DNA of 64,000 nt from Eimeria praecox (taxonomy: Eukaryota), in assembly GCA_963920595.1 (NCBI GenBank), contig OY986948.1:3720001-3784000 (forward strand). The letters run 5' to 3'. The notes below the pieces were generated by a model. It was not told where the DNA came from and made no database searches. It saw nothing but the letters and a program-made list of their open reading frames with translations. Below are positions 43,782 to 57,581 of the stretch, piece by piece. The translations under genes were made by a program, and so were the position numbers. Each line of letters starts with the position of its first letter. The stretch's first letter is position 1.

Positions 43782-43868
43782 TTGCTGCTGCTGCTGTTGT
43801 TTGTATTCTCGCAGCAGCTGATGCCGGTGGAGCTGCCGCCGCCTCTGCAGCAAGTAGCTCTGCAACCC

Positions 43869-43939
<71 letters not shown>

Positions 43940-44154
43940 CAGCAGGACGAGAGGAGCTGCAGCAGCAGCAGCAGCAGCAGCAGCTTTGCAGGGGGCTATT
44001 CCGCGTATACTACGGAGACAATACATCCCTAACACAAAGACGGGGACACCAACAGCTGCCTGCAGCTGCTGCCGCGCTCGTTCTGCTGCTGCTGTGGGGC
44101 GCAGCAGCTGCAGCAGCTCCTCAGTAGAGTGAAACTGTGGTGTACACCTACTAC

Positions 44155-44186
<32 letters not shown>

Positions 44187-44681
44187 AGTTGTTGTTGTTG
44201 CTGGTGTTGTTGTTGCTGGAGCTGGAGCTGGTGCTGCTGCTGCTGCTGCTGCTGTAGCTGCTGCTGCTGCTGCTGTAGTTGTTGCTGCTGCTGGAGATGC
44301 TGCTGTAGCTGCTTCTGTCGCTGCTGCTGTAGCTGCTGCAGTCGCTGGTGCTGTTGCTGCAGCTGCTGCTGTTGCTGTAGTCGCTGCATCTGCTGCTGCT
44401 GCATCTGCTGCTGCTGGTGTAGCTGCTGTTCCCGCCGTTGCTGCTGCTGCTGCTGCTGTTGCAGTTGTTGCGGCAGTTGCTGCTGTTTCTGTAGTTGTTG
44501 CTGCTGCAGTCGCTGCTGCTGCTGCCACTGCTGTTGCTGCTGTAGTTGCCACTGTTGCTGCTGCAGCAGCAGCCGCTGCTGCTGCTGCTGCTGCTGTCTT
44601 TCTTGGATTTCTCGCTGCTTCATCTGCAGTTGCTGCTGCTGCAGCTGCAAATACTGCTGCTGGCGGTGCTGTTGTAGATTG

Positions 44682-44714
<33 letters not shown>

Positions 44715-45108
44715 ATCCGTTGATACTGCTGCTGTTGTTGGTGCTGGTGCTGGTGCTGCTGCTGCTGCATCCGTTGATGCTGCTGCTGATGCATCTGGTG
44801 CTGCCACAGCACTAGCTGCTGCTGCCGCTGCTGCTGCTGTTGCAGCTGCTGCTGAGGCAGCAGCAGTAGCTGCTTCTGCTGCTGCTGTTGCAGCTGCTGC
44901 TGATGCAGCTGCTGTTGCCGCAGCACCAGCTGCTGCTGCTGCTGCAGCTGCTGCTGCAGGTGTTGTTGCTGTTGCTGCTGGCGGTGGTCTGGGCGCAGCT
45001 GCTGCTGCAGCGGTTGCGGCTGCTGCTGTTGCTGTTGTCTCAGCCGCTGCTGCTGTTGTTGCTGCTGCTGCTGTAGGTGCACCTGTTGCAGCTGTTGCTG
45101 CAGCATCA

Positions 45109-45140
<32 letters not shown>

Positions 45141-45211
45141 AATTGTTGCTGCTGCTGCGTAGATTGCTGCTGCTGGCGCAGCTTTAGCAGCTGCTGCGGC
45201 AGTGGCTGCCA

Positions 45212-45242
<31 letters not shown>

Positions 45243-45254
45243 GGCTGCTGCTGC

Positions 45255-45290
<36 letters not shown>

Positions 45291-45427
45291 AAGAGATTCT
45301 GCAGCACTTGCTGCTGCCTACGCAGCAATTGCTGCTGCTGCAGCAGCTGCTGCAGCTCATCAGATTTGGTTTCTTCCTCCTCAGAAGGAGCAGCCCCCCA
45401 AGGGGCCCCTCGGGGGGCCCCCTCCAT
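29692..45427 (-). CDS. TERT: Telomerase reverse transcriptase, 7-exon model (45427-43485, 42737-42559, 42251-40007, 39749-38958, 38484-33249, 32620-32419, 31232-29692), about 4,045 aa
   Basis: [76 protein letters not shown] motif: [20 protein letters not shown]. Motifs 1/2: [29 protein letters not shown]': [66 protein letters not shown]. All six junctions keep the frame (total 12,138 nt). Core identity is secure; exons 1, 2 and 7 are less certain. Confidence 0.93.
39761..39836 (-). repeat. About 11 telomeric heptamers in TERT intron 3
   Basis: (AAACCCT)n on +, so (UUUAGGG)n in the TERT pre-mRNA. Confidence 0.96.
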
Positions 45428-45454
45428 CTCCTCAATCCACCTGTCTGTACACCC

Positions 45455-45890
45455 GAGGCCCCTCCTCCTGGGGACCCCTCTTCCTGGGGGCCCCTCCTCC
45501 TGGGGGCCCCTCCTCCTGGGGGCCCCTCCTCCTGGGGGCCCCTCTTCCTGGAGGCCCCTCCTCCTGGGGGCCCCTCCTCCTCCTGGGGGCCCCTGACTGA
45601 GGGGGCCCTTGACTGAGGGGGCCCCTGACTGAGGGGGCCCCTGACTGAGGGGGCCCTTGACTGAGGGGGCCCCTGACTGAGGGGGCCCCTGACTGAGGGG
45701 GCCCCTGAATCGAGGGGGCCCCTGATTGAGGGGGCCCCTGATTGAGGGGGCCCCTGAATCGAGGGGGCCCCTGAATCGAGGGGGCCCCTGATTTAGGAGG
45801 CCCCTGATTGAGGGGGCCCCTGATTTAGGAGGCCCCTGATTGAGGGGGCCCCTGAATCGAGGGGGCCCCTCTCTTCTAGGGGCCCCTGGC
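45455..45890. repeat. GC-rich tandem repeats built on GGGGCCCC, immediately upstream of the TERT ATG
   Basis: Units GGGGGCCCCTCCTCCT followed by 16-17-bp GAGGGGGCCCCTGA(CT/TT/ATC). Confidence 0.9.
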
Positions 45891-46399
45891 TGGCTGTTAT
45901 GGGGGGCGAATCTGTAAACCCTCTAAACCCTAAACACTATAAACTTTGAATATTTTCTTATTTTCATGGGTAGAATAAACAAAATAATTAATAATTATAT
46001 CTCCTACGTTTATGAGAGAAGGAAGGATGGAGGGCGCAGCCGACAGATGCTGAGGTGTACGTACACCTCGTTAAGCTACAACATCATTTCGTTGTAAATA
46101 TTTAATAAATTATAAAATTATTCTTTATTTATTGTTTATATATTTAAATAATAATAAACCTACATGTTTCTTCCTTACTCGATAGCCCTCACGATACTAA
46201 CAATCGATAGAGAGAGAAGGGGGGGGGGGGGGGGGGGGGCCCCCAGCAGCAGGGGGGCCCCCCCAGCTGTACCCTCTTCTCAGAACAGAATCAATTTACT
46301 AAGGAGCATCTTCTATTTCTTTTTTAAATTAAATAAAAACATAAAATAAATATTTTTATACAAATACGTTAACACCCCAACACCACCGTAGCTCCTCTA

Positions 46400-46434
<35 letters not shown>

Positions 46435-46578
46435 AGCAGCAGCTTCTTCCTTCTTTCTGTAATTGCTGTCTACCAGATACACTGCTGCTGCAGCCTTCGT
46501 CCCTCTAGAGCAGCCTCTCTGCTGCTGCTGCTGCTGCTGCTGCTGCGAGCAACCAGTGCGTAGGAGTAGCTGAGACAG

Positions 46579-46621
<43 letters not shown>

Positions 46622-46806
46622 GTCAGATCCAACAGCAAAGAGGCGGGCCCCCACTATAACAAACAGCAGCAGACAGCAGCAGATTTCTTAAACTGCAGCA
46701 GCAGTTTATATCTGTCTTCTACTGCAGCACATATCGTCTTCTTTCTCTTGCTGCTGCTGCTGCTGCTGCTGCTGCAGCTGCTGCTGCTGTTGCTGCTGTT
46801 AAGAAG

Positions 46807-47519
46807 ATGCAGAGGGGCCTTCTCCTAATTTGCAAACAGATACCCTCAGGGGCCCCCCTGCTGCGGGGGGCCCCCCTGCTGCGGGGGGCCCCCCTGCTGC
46901 ACCTGCGGGGCCCCCCCCTGCTGCTGCCTGGCTGTCTATGGTTGTGTGAAGGGCAGAGGCGCATGACAGGAAGTGCTGCTGCTGTTGCTGCTGCTGCAGC
47001 AGCAGCAGCAGCAGCACCGAAAGGAGCACCTGTAGGAGGCGTAGCAGCAGCAGCAGCAGCAGAAGCAGCTGTTGCTGCTGCTGCTGCAGCAGCAGCAGCG
47101 AATTCGAGGACTGCTTCAGAGTTTGAGAAGGCTCGTGCCATTCAAATAAACATACACAAAGGAGATACAGCTGCTGCTGCTGCTGCTGCTGTGGCAGCAA
47201 GAGCGGCAGCAGCAGAAGCCGCAGAAGCAGCAGCAGCAGAAGCAGCAGCAGCAAGAGCAGCAACAGTAGAAGCAACAGCAGCAGAAAGGAAGGCAGCTGA
47301 TGCATACATAGCCGTGGGGGCCTCTATCAACAGCAGCACCATCCAGTATAGCAGCTGCAGCAGCAACAGCAGCAGCGGACTCGAGAAGAACAGCAGCAGC
47401 AGCAACAGCAGCAGCAACACTGCAGCAGGAGAAGGCCCGAGCAGCAGCAGCAGCAGCAGCACCCCCGGCATCACCTCCAACAATGAGAACAATCAAAGCA
47501 GCAGCAACAGCAGCAGCAA

Positions 47520-47551
<32 letters not shown>

Positions 47552-47582
47552 GCAACAGCAACAGCAGCACCGACAGCAGCAA

Positions 47583-47641
<59 letters not shown>

Positions 47642-47744
47642 CTAAGTGGCAGCTTCATCTAACTTTTTCGAATTTTCTCTCTGCTGTCTTGGTAGCTTCG
47701 TTTGGTGTTTGGTTTATCTATGAGCTCGTTCAGAGTAGTATGCC

Positions 47745-47810
<66 letters not shown>

Positions 47811-48203
47811 TGGTTGTTGTTGTTGCTGTGTTGATCTGCCATTGCTGCTGCTGCTGCTGCTGCTGCGGTTGCTGCGTTCATCTGCTCTTGGTGCTGCTGC
47901 TGCAACTTCAACTACTACTACTACTACTACTACTACTGCTGCTGCTGCTACTGCTGCTGCTGCTACTGCTGCTGCTGCTACTGCTGCTGCTGCTACTGCT
48001 GCTGCTGCTGCTACTGCTGCTGCTGCTGCTGCAGACTACAGCCTTGCTAAGGCTGAGTGGAGTATGAGTCGTAAGGCGAAGAAATTAATTTTAGGGGAAG
48101 GGCCTCCATCGAGGGCTGCTATAGACAGCAGATATGAGGTTAGGGTTTAGGGTTTAGGGTTTAGGGTTTAGGGTTTAGGGTTTAGGGTTTGTTGCTGCTG
48201 CTG

Positions 48204-48234
<31 letters not shown>

Positions 48235-48346
48235 AGTTAGGGATGTCTGCCGGCTGCTGTTGCTTGCGGTTTGAGTGAGATAACCCCGACGTTGCTGCTG
48301 CTGCTGTTGCTGCTCCTGCTGCTGTTGCTGCTGCTGTTGCTGCTGC

Positions 48347-48405
<59 letters not shown>

Positions 48406-49029
48406 TGTGGGGCCGCAGATTGGGCTGTCTCAGGAGATGAAGGACGAATTAGCTCTGTACTTTATACAATTAGACATAGACAAACGTAAACATGTTTATT
48501 TTATTTTATTTTATTTTATTTTATTTTGTTTTGTTTTATTTTATTTTATTTTATTTTATTTATTTTGTTTTGTTTTGTTTTATTTTATTTTGTTTCATTT
48601 TATTTTGTTTTGTTTTATTTGGTTTTGTTTTATTTTATTTTATTTTATTTTATTTTATTTTATTTTATTTTATTTTATTTTATTTTATTTTGTTTTATTT
48701 TATTTTATTTTGTTTTGTTTTGTTTTGTTTTATTTTATTTTATTTTGTTTTGTTTTGTTTTGTTTTGTTTTATTTTGTTTTATTTTATTTTTATTTTATT
48801 TTATTTTATTTTATTTTATTTTGTTTTATTTTATTTTATTTTATTTTATTTTATTTTATTTTATTTTATATTATTTTCTCTGTCTCCTTTCTTTGTTTTA
48901 TTTGTGTCTTTCTTCTTTCTTGTATTTCTTGTTTTATTTTCGATTTATTTATTTATATATTTATAAACATGTTTGTTATATCTCTGTCTTCTATTGTTTA
49001 TCTTGACCTGTCTCCTCCATACACTCACC

Positions 49030-49094
<65 letters not shown>

Positions 49095-49940
49095 CCGTCT
49101 CCATCACTTCAGAGCAGCAGCAGCCGCTGCAGCAACAGCAACAGCAACGACAGCAGCGACACAGCAACAGCAGCAGCACAACAGCAGCAGCAGCAGCATA
49201 ACAGCAGCAGCAGCAGCAGCATAACAGCAGCAGCAGCAGCAGCAGATGTTTGTGTTTTATATTTGCAGCGAACGGAGTTCGAAGAAGCGATGCCCTCGCC
49301 CTTGCAGCAGAAGTAAATATTTATTTTATTTTATTTTTATGTTTATTTTTATTTTCATTTTATTATTTATTTATCATTATTATTTATTTCGTCTTCTTAT
49401 TATATATTATTTCTTCTTATTATTTATTTTATTATTATTTTTTATTTTGTTTTATTATTATTTTTTATTTTGTTTCGTTAGTTTTTATTATCTTTTTATT
49501 ATTTTTATTATCTTTTTATTATTTATATAAATAAAATATTTATATTTATTTTCTGTCTTTCTCTTATCTTCTATCTCTTTCATATCTTCTGTCTCTTTAT
49601 TATTTATTTTATTTTATGTCTCTATTATTTATTTTATTTTATTATTTATTTTGTTTTTATTATTCTTCTGTCTCTTTATTATTTATTTTATTTATTTATT
49701 ATTTATTTTGTTTCTGTCTTATCTTCTCTCTCTCTCTTCTTATTTTCTGTCTTCTTATTATTTTCTGTCTTTTTCTTATTTAGCAACAGCAGCAGCAACA
49801 GCAGCAACAGCAGCAGTAGCAGCAGCAGCAGCAACAGCAGCAACAGCAGCAGCAGCAGCAGCAGTTTGTCTCCTTCCTTCTTAAGCTGCCTCCTTTCTCT
49901 TCTTTCTTTCTGTCTCTCTCTCTCTCTAAATTTATTTATA

Positions 49941-50006
<66 letters not shown>

Positions 50007-50305
50007 TTTTTTTGTGTTTGTCTCAGCTTCAATTTAATACCAAAAACAAAATATGTTCTGAATTCGTCCGCAGGGGCAGCGGCAGATCTATTGTCAGATA
50101 CACTAGCAGCAGCAGCAGCAGCAGCAGGAGCAGCAGCAGCAGCAGCAGCAGCAGTAGCAGCGGCAGCAGCAGTAGCAGCAGCAGCAGCAGTAGCAGCAGC
50201 AGCAGTAGTAGTAGTAGTAGTAGCAAACAATAATAACAGTAGCAACTGCAGCAACTGCAACAGCAGCAGCAGCAGCAGAAACAACAACAACAGCAGCACC
50301 ACCAC

Positions 50306-50337
<32 letters not shown>

Positions 50338-51012
50338 GCAACAGCAACAGCAGCAGCAGCAGCAATTAAGGATGATGCATGTGTGTTGTGTTTGTTTGTT
50401 TTTTAATTTGTCTTAGGAGGAGAAGCGAACCTCCGGTTGCTCGCTGCAGGTATGCAGACCCTAAACCCTAAACCCTAAACCCTAAACCCTAAACCCTAAA
50501 CCCTAAACCCTAAACCCTAAACCCTAGAGAGAGAAGCTGTGTTGTTGTTGCTGTTGTTGTTTGTTTGTTTATTATTTTCTCTCCTTTTCTTTTTTTTTAT
50601 TTTTATTATTAGTCGTTCCTTCTCAAATGTGTTTGATTGCTGCTGCTGTTGCTGCTGCTGCTGCTGTTGCTGCTGTTGCTGCTGCTGCTGTTGCTGCTGC
50701 TGTTGCTGCTGCTTTGTTGGGGTGTATATACACCTCATCATGTGTCTCTACATTGCTGCTGCTCTGTAGGAGGTAGGAGAACTAATTGAAGCCCTACTCT
50801 TAGATGAGCAAACAAATCCTGCTGCTGCTGCTGCATACATGCAGCAGCTGCAGCAGCAGGAAGAGCAGCAGCAGCAGCAGCAGGAAGAGCAGCAGCAGCA
50901 GCAGCAGGAAGAGCAGCAGCAGCAGCAACAGCAGCAGGAGGAACAGCAAGAACAAGAGCAGCAGGAACAACAGCAACAGCACCAACAGCAGCAGCAACAG
51001 CACCAACAGCAC

Positions 51013-51044
<32 letters not shown>

Positions 51045-51063
51045 GCAACAGCAGCAGCAGCAA

Positions 51064-51110
<47 letters not shown>

Positions 51111-51502
51111 AGGTGTGCCTGTCTCCCCAGCGTTGTCTCCTCCTCTTAATCCTGAAGAGAGAGTAATTAGATTATTAAGAGAAGCAAATAAACATGCTGT
51201 GAGAATTCATAAATTTTATTTATTTTATTTTATTTATTTTATTTTATTTATTTTATTTTATTTATTTTATTTTATTTATTTTACTTATTTTATTTTATTT
51301 TACTTTATTTTATTTATTTTATTTTATTTTATTTTATTTATTTTATTTTATTTATTTATATTTATTTATTTATATTTATTTATCTATCTTATCCTGTCTT
51401 CATATAATTGAGGTGTATAGACACTCTCTTATTCTTTTTCTTTTCTATCTCCTGTCTCCTCTGTCTCCTTTCTCTACTAGCTGCATGCCTCACGACGTCT
51501 GC

Positions 51503-51579
<77 letters not shown>

Positions 51580-51650
51580 CATCCTCAGGCCCCCACAGCT
51601 TGGAGTATCCCAACACGTGAGCGCATGCCGCAGCCCTCGGCCTCACCGCT

Positions 51651-51689
<39 letters not shown>

Positions 51690-51690
51690 A

Positions 51691-51740
<50 letters not shown>

Positions 51741-52384
51741 GGAGGAGGAGGAGGAGGAGGAAGATAATGAGGAGGAGGCCGTGCTGCTTCGTCTTGCCTT
51801 GGTTGAGAAAACCCTCAAAGACTTTCATACTCTCTCCCTCAGGTAAGCTAATATATTATATTATATTATATTATATTATATTATATTATATTATATTATA
51901 TTATATTATATTATATTATATTATATTATATTATATTATATTATATTATATTATATTATATTATATTATATTATATTATATTATATTATATTATATTATA
52001 TTATATTATATTATATTATATTATATTATATTATATTATATTATATTATATTATATTATATTATATTATATTATATTATATTATATTATATTATATTATA
52101 TTATATTATATTATATTATATTATATTATATTATATTATATTATATTATATTATATTATATTATATTATATTATATTATATTATATTATATTATATTATA
52201 TTATATTATATTATATTATATTATATTATATTATATTATATTATATTATATTATATTATATTATATTATATTATATTATTATAATTATATTATATTATTA
52301 CACTATATTATATCATATCATATTATCATATTATAGTATATTATACTATACAATATTATATGATATATTATATGATATTACATG

Positions 52385-52441
<57 letters not shown>

Positions 52442-52554
52442 TTATCTCTCAGACGAGGTCTCTCTGAAGCAGAATGCGAGAGAAGAAAAAACCTAAAAAC
52501 CGAAGAACAAAATCTTAAAAAGCAACTTAACGACATTCGATTTAGTAAATCTTA
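46807..52554 (+). CDS. Multi-exon hypothetical protein with one TM helix, possibly mitochondrial
   Basis: Phase-consistent small exons: ..FLSAVLVASFGVWFIYELVQS | YSLAKAEWSMSRKAKKLILGEG..SRYE | IGLSQEMKDELALYFIQLDIDK | PNGVRRSDALALAAE | LQFNTKNKICSEFVRRGSGRSI | EEKRTSGCSLQ | EVGELIEALLLDEQ.. ; later VLLRLALVEKTLKDF | RRGLSEAECERRKNLK. N-terminus is Arg/Leu-rich with few acidic residues. 3' end uncertain. Confidence 0.7.
51852..52280. repeat. (TATTA)n pentanucleotide microsatellite, about 85 units, intronic
   Basis: Read directly. Confidence 0.95.
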
Positions 52555-53131
52555 ATCTCCTACACATTTACAATACCCACACAAATATTACCTAAACAGG
52601 GGCCCCCAGGGGCCCCCCAGGGGCCCCCCAGGGCCCCCCCAGGGTTCCCCAGGGGGGCCTCGGGGGTTCCCTGGGGGTACCTGGGATCTTGGAGGCCCCT
52701 GGGGACCCCTGGGGGCCCTCGGGGGCCCCTGGAGGGCCCTGGGGTTATGGGGGCCCCTGGGGTCTTGGAGGCTCCTGGGGCCCCTTGGGGCCCCTGGGGG
52801 CCCCTGGGGGCCCCCTGGGGGGCCCCCTGCAAATGCTGTCTGGGCCCCAGGTTTCTGCGCATGCAGCCATACACTCAATTTTGCCTGAAGGGGCCCTCAC
52901 AGCCTCCTAGGGTTCTTAGGGTCCCCTACGGTTCTTGGGGCCCCCCTTCAAGGGGCCCCCTGGGGGCCCCTTGAAGGGGGGGGGGGGTGGGGGGGGCCCG
53001 GGGCCCCCAGGGGGCCCCCGGGGGGCCCCAGGTTTTTGGCTGCTGAGAGGAATAGCAATATTGTTTGTTTTTTCTCTCTTTCTTGATTACAGAGTGCTTA
53101 GAGCAGCAGAAGCCCTCAGAGTGTATTGAGG

Positions 53132-53222
<91 letters not shown>

Positions 53223-53229
53223 AAATAAT

Positions 53230-55653
53230 AATAATATGAGTTGTATATATAAAAAATAATAATAATCTTAATAATATATATAAATAAATAATAATAATAA
53301 TATTAGTAATATATATAAATAAACAAAGGTAATATAAGTTGTATATATATAGAAATAATAATAATATTAATAATATATATAAATAAAGATAATATGAGTT
53401 GTATATATAAATAAACAATAATAATAATATTAATAATATATATAAATAAAGATAATATGAGTTGTATATATAAATAAATAATAATAATATTAATAATATA
53501 TATAAATAAATATGAGTTGTATATATAAATAAACAATAATAATAATATTAATAATATATCTAAATAAATATGAGTTGTATATATAAATAAACAATAATAA
53601 TAATATTAATAATATATCTAAATAAAGATAATATGAGTTGTATATATAAATAAACAATAATAATAATATTAATAATATATCTAAATAAAGATAATATGAG
53701 TTGTATATATAAATAAACAATAATAATAATATTAATAATATATCTAAATAAAGATAATATGAGTTGTATATATAAATAAACAATAATAATAATATGAATA
53801 ATATATCTAAATAAAGATAATATGAGTTGTATATATAAATAAACAATAATAATAATATGAATAATATATCTAAATAAAGATAATATGAGTTGTATATATA
53901 AATAAACAATAATAATAATATTAATAATATATCTAAATAAAGATAATATGAGTTGTATATATAAATAAACAATAATAATAATATGAATAATATATCTAAA
54001 TAAATATAATATGAGTTGCATATATAAATAAACAATAATAATAATATGAATAATATATCTAAATAAAGATAATATGAGTTGTATATATAAATAAACAATA
54101 ATAATAATATTAATAATATATCTAAATAAAGATAATATGAGTTGTATATATAAATAAACAATAATAATAATATGAATAATATATCTAAATAAAGATAATA
54201 TGAGTTGTATATATAAATAAACAATAATAATAATATTAATAATATATCTAAATAAAGATAATATGAGTTGTATATATAAATAAACAATAATAATAATATG
54301 AATAATATATCTAAATAAATATAATATGAGTTGTATATATAAATAAACAATAATAATAATATTAATAATATATCTAAATAAAGATAATATGAGTTGTATA
54401 TATAAATAAACAATAATAATAATATGAATAATATATCTAAATAAAGATAATATGAGTTGTATATATAAATAAACAATAATAATAATATTAATAATATATC
54501 TAAATAAAGATAATATGAGTTGTATATATAAATAAACAATAATAATAATATGAATAATATATCTAAATAAAGATAATATGAGTTGTATATATAAATAAAC
54601 AATAATAATAATATTAATAATATATCTAAATAAAGATAATATGAGTTGTATATATAAATAAACAATAATAATAATATGAATAATATATCTAAATAAATAT
54701 AATATGAGTTGTATATATAAATAAACAATAATAATAATATTAATAATATATCTAAATAAAGATAATATGAGTTGTATATATAAATAAACAATAATAATAA
54801 TATGAATAATATATCTAAATAAAGATAATATGAGTTGTATATATAAATAAACAATAATAATAATATGAATAATATATCTAAATAAAGATAATATGAGTTG
54901 TATATATAAATAAACAATAATAATAATATGAATAATATATCTAAATAAAGATAATATGAGTTGTATATATAAATAAACAATAATAATAATATGAATAATA
55001 TATCTAAATAAAGATAATATGAGTTGTATATATAAATAAACAATAATAATAATATGAATAATATATCTAAATAAATATAATATGAGTTGTATATATAAAT
55101 AAACAATAATAATAATATTAATAATATATCTAAATAAAGATAATATGAGTTGTATATATAAATAAACAATAATAATAATATGAATAATATATCTAAATAA
55201 AGATAATATGAGTTGTATATATAAATAAACAATAATAATAATATGAATAATATATCTAAATAAAGATAATATGAGTTGTATATATAAATAAACAATAATA
55301 ATAATATTAATAATATATCTAAATAAATATAATATGAGTTGTATATATAAATAAACAATAATAATAATATGAATAATATATCTAAATAAAGATAATATGA
55401 GTTGTATATATAAATAAACAATAATAATAATATTAATAATATATCTAAATAAAGATAATATGAGTTGTATATATAAATAAACAATAATAATAATATTAAT
55501 AATATATCTAAATAAATATAATATGAGTTGTATATATAAATAAACAATAATAATAATATGAATAATATATCTAAATAAAGATAATATGAGTTGTATATAT
55601 AAATAAACAATAATAATAATATTAATAATATATCTAAATAAATATAATATGAG
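53230..55653. repeat. 63-bp AT-rich minisatellite, about 38 copies
   Basis: Unit GATAATATGAGTTGTATATATAAATAAACAATAATAATAATAT[T/G]AATAATATATCTAAATAAA. Confidence 0.96.
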
Positions 55654-56141
55654 GATGATAGAATCTGATAGCTACGAAGATAGAGAAAAACAACAAAACA
55701 TATATAATATATATAATATATATTATATATATTATATATATATAATATAATAATATATTATATTATTATATAATTTAATATCTTAAAATATATTCGAGAC
55801 ACAAAACACAAACACTTAACAACACCATGCACTGATGCTCCTGCTGCCTTCCTTCCTAACTACCTAACTAGCTAGCTAGCCAGCTAGCTAGCTAGCTAGC
55901 TAGCTAGCTAGCTAGCTAGCTGTTGGGGTAGCTAGCTAGCTAGCTAGCTAGCTGTTGATGTTTGTAGTTTGAAACAGCCGGCGTGTAGCTCCTGTCTTCT
56001 CGTCGGGGCGAAACCTAAACCCTAAACCCTAAACCCTAGAGATAAACCCTAAACCCTAAACCCTAATTATAAACCCTAGAGCGTTGTAAAGACAAGCATA
56101 TATAAACATCTGTATGGAGGGCTCACCCCTTAGAGATTTAT

Positions 56142-56234
<93 letters not shown>

Positions 56235-56251
56235 ACAACCTACAACTCTAC

Positions 56252-56343
<92 letters not shown>

Positions 56344-56435
56344 AGGTTATTAGGTTCCTCTAATCTTTTAGTTTTAGATTTAATATTCGTTACGATGTTT
56401 GATTTTTATATCTAACTAACAAACAAACTCTCGTA

Positions 56436-56469
<34 letters not shown>

Positions 56470-56567
56470 ACAGCAGCAGCACCAGCAGCAACAACAGCAA
56501 CAGCAGCAACAACAGCAGCACCAGCAGCAGCAGCAACAACAGCAGCAGGCAGCAGCAACAACAGCAA

Positions 56568-56602
<35 letters not shown>

Positions 56603-56630
56603 ACAGCAGCAACAACAGCAACAGCAGCAA

Positions 56631-56665
<35 letters not shown>

Positions 56666-57508
56666 GCAGCAGGTTTTTTGTTTTATAGAGTAAATGAGTG
56701 AGTGCGATTGTATAAATCGCTTGTCTAATTCTTCTATGTATATAAATATATTTATATATTTATAAATATATTTATTTAATTATTTAAATATATTTATATA
56801 TTTAAATATATTTATCTAATTAAACAAAGCTAACAAAGATAATTGCATGTGTCTACCTACGTGCTGCTGCTGCTGCTGCTGCAGCAGCAGCAGCAGCAGC
56901 ACGAGTTTATCGGCTGCTGTTGGATTGTATATTTATAATTTTAAATATTATTATATATATAATTTAATAAAATAAACACAAATATACAATAATTGAGGTG
57001 TATATACACCTGCTTTTGTTCGTAAATGGCTTGTAGATCTGAGGAAGCTACCGTACAACAACACGCGGGCTTAGTAGCAGCAGTTTGGGGCTTGAGGCAT
57101 ATCTTCTGTATGTATGTTTGTTTTGTTATTTCTGTGTTTGTTTGTATATTTGTTGTATATTATCTTTTTAATTGTAAATATATTTATTAAAACATTATAG
57201 AGCCATAAATTATGTGTAGAATAAACCCTCACTCCCCCACAACAAGCAGCATAGCCCCCAGGCTTATCTGTTGAATGCATGCACAGCCTCTTAGGTTTAT
57301 CTAGTGCTGTGTTTTTCTGTTCTTTCTTCTTCAATTATATTATTTATACAATATTATTAAGTTATTTGCTTTGATAGATCATAATTAACTCTTGAAGGGG
57401 CTCAGCAGCAGCTGCAGCAACAGCAGCAACAGCAGCAGCAACAGCAGCAGCACCAGCACCAGCAAACGACCGACCTGTAGAGCCGTACTAGCAGCAGCAG
57501 CAGCAGCT

Positions 57509-57550
<42 letters not shown>

Positions 57551-57581
57551 GCAGCAGCAGCAGCAGAAGCAACAGAGCCAC

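Noticed and set aside
53490..55610. 706-aa hydrophobic ORF, or a CRISPR-like array
   Set aside because: Product of a 63-bp tandem repeat; no unique spacers, no cas genes, eukaryotic context.
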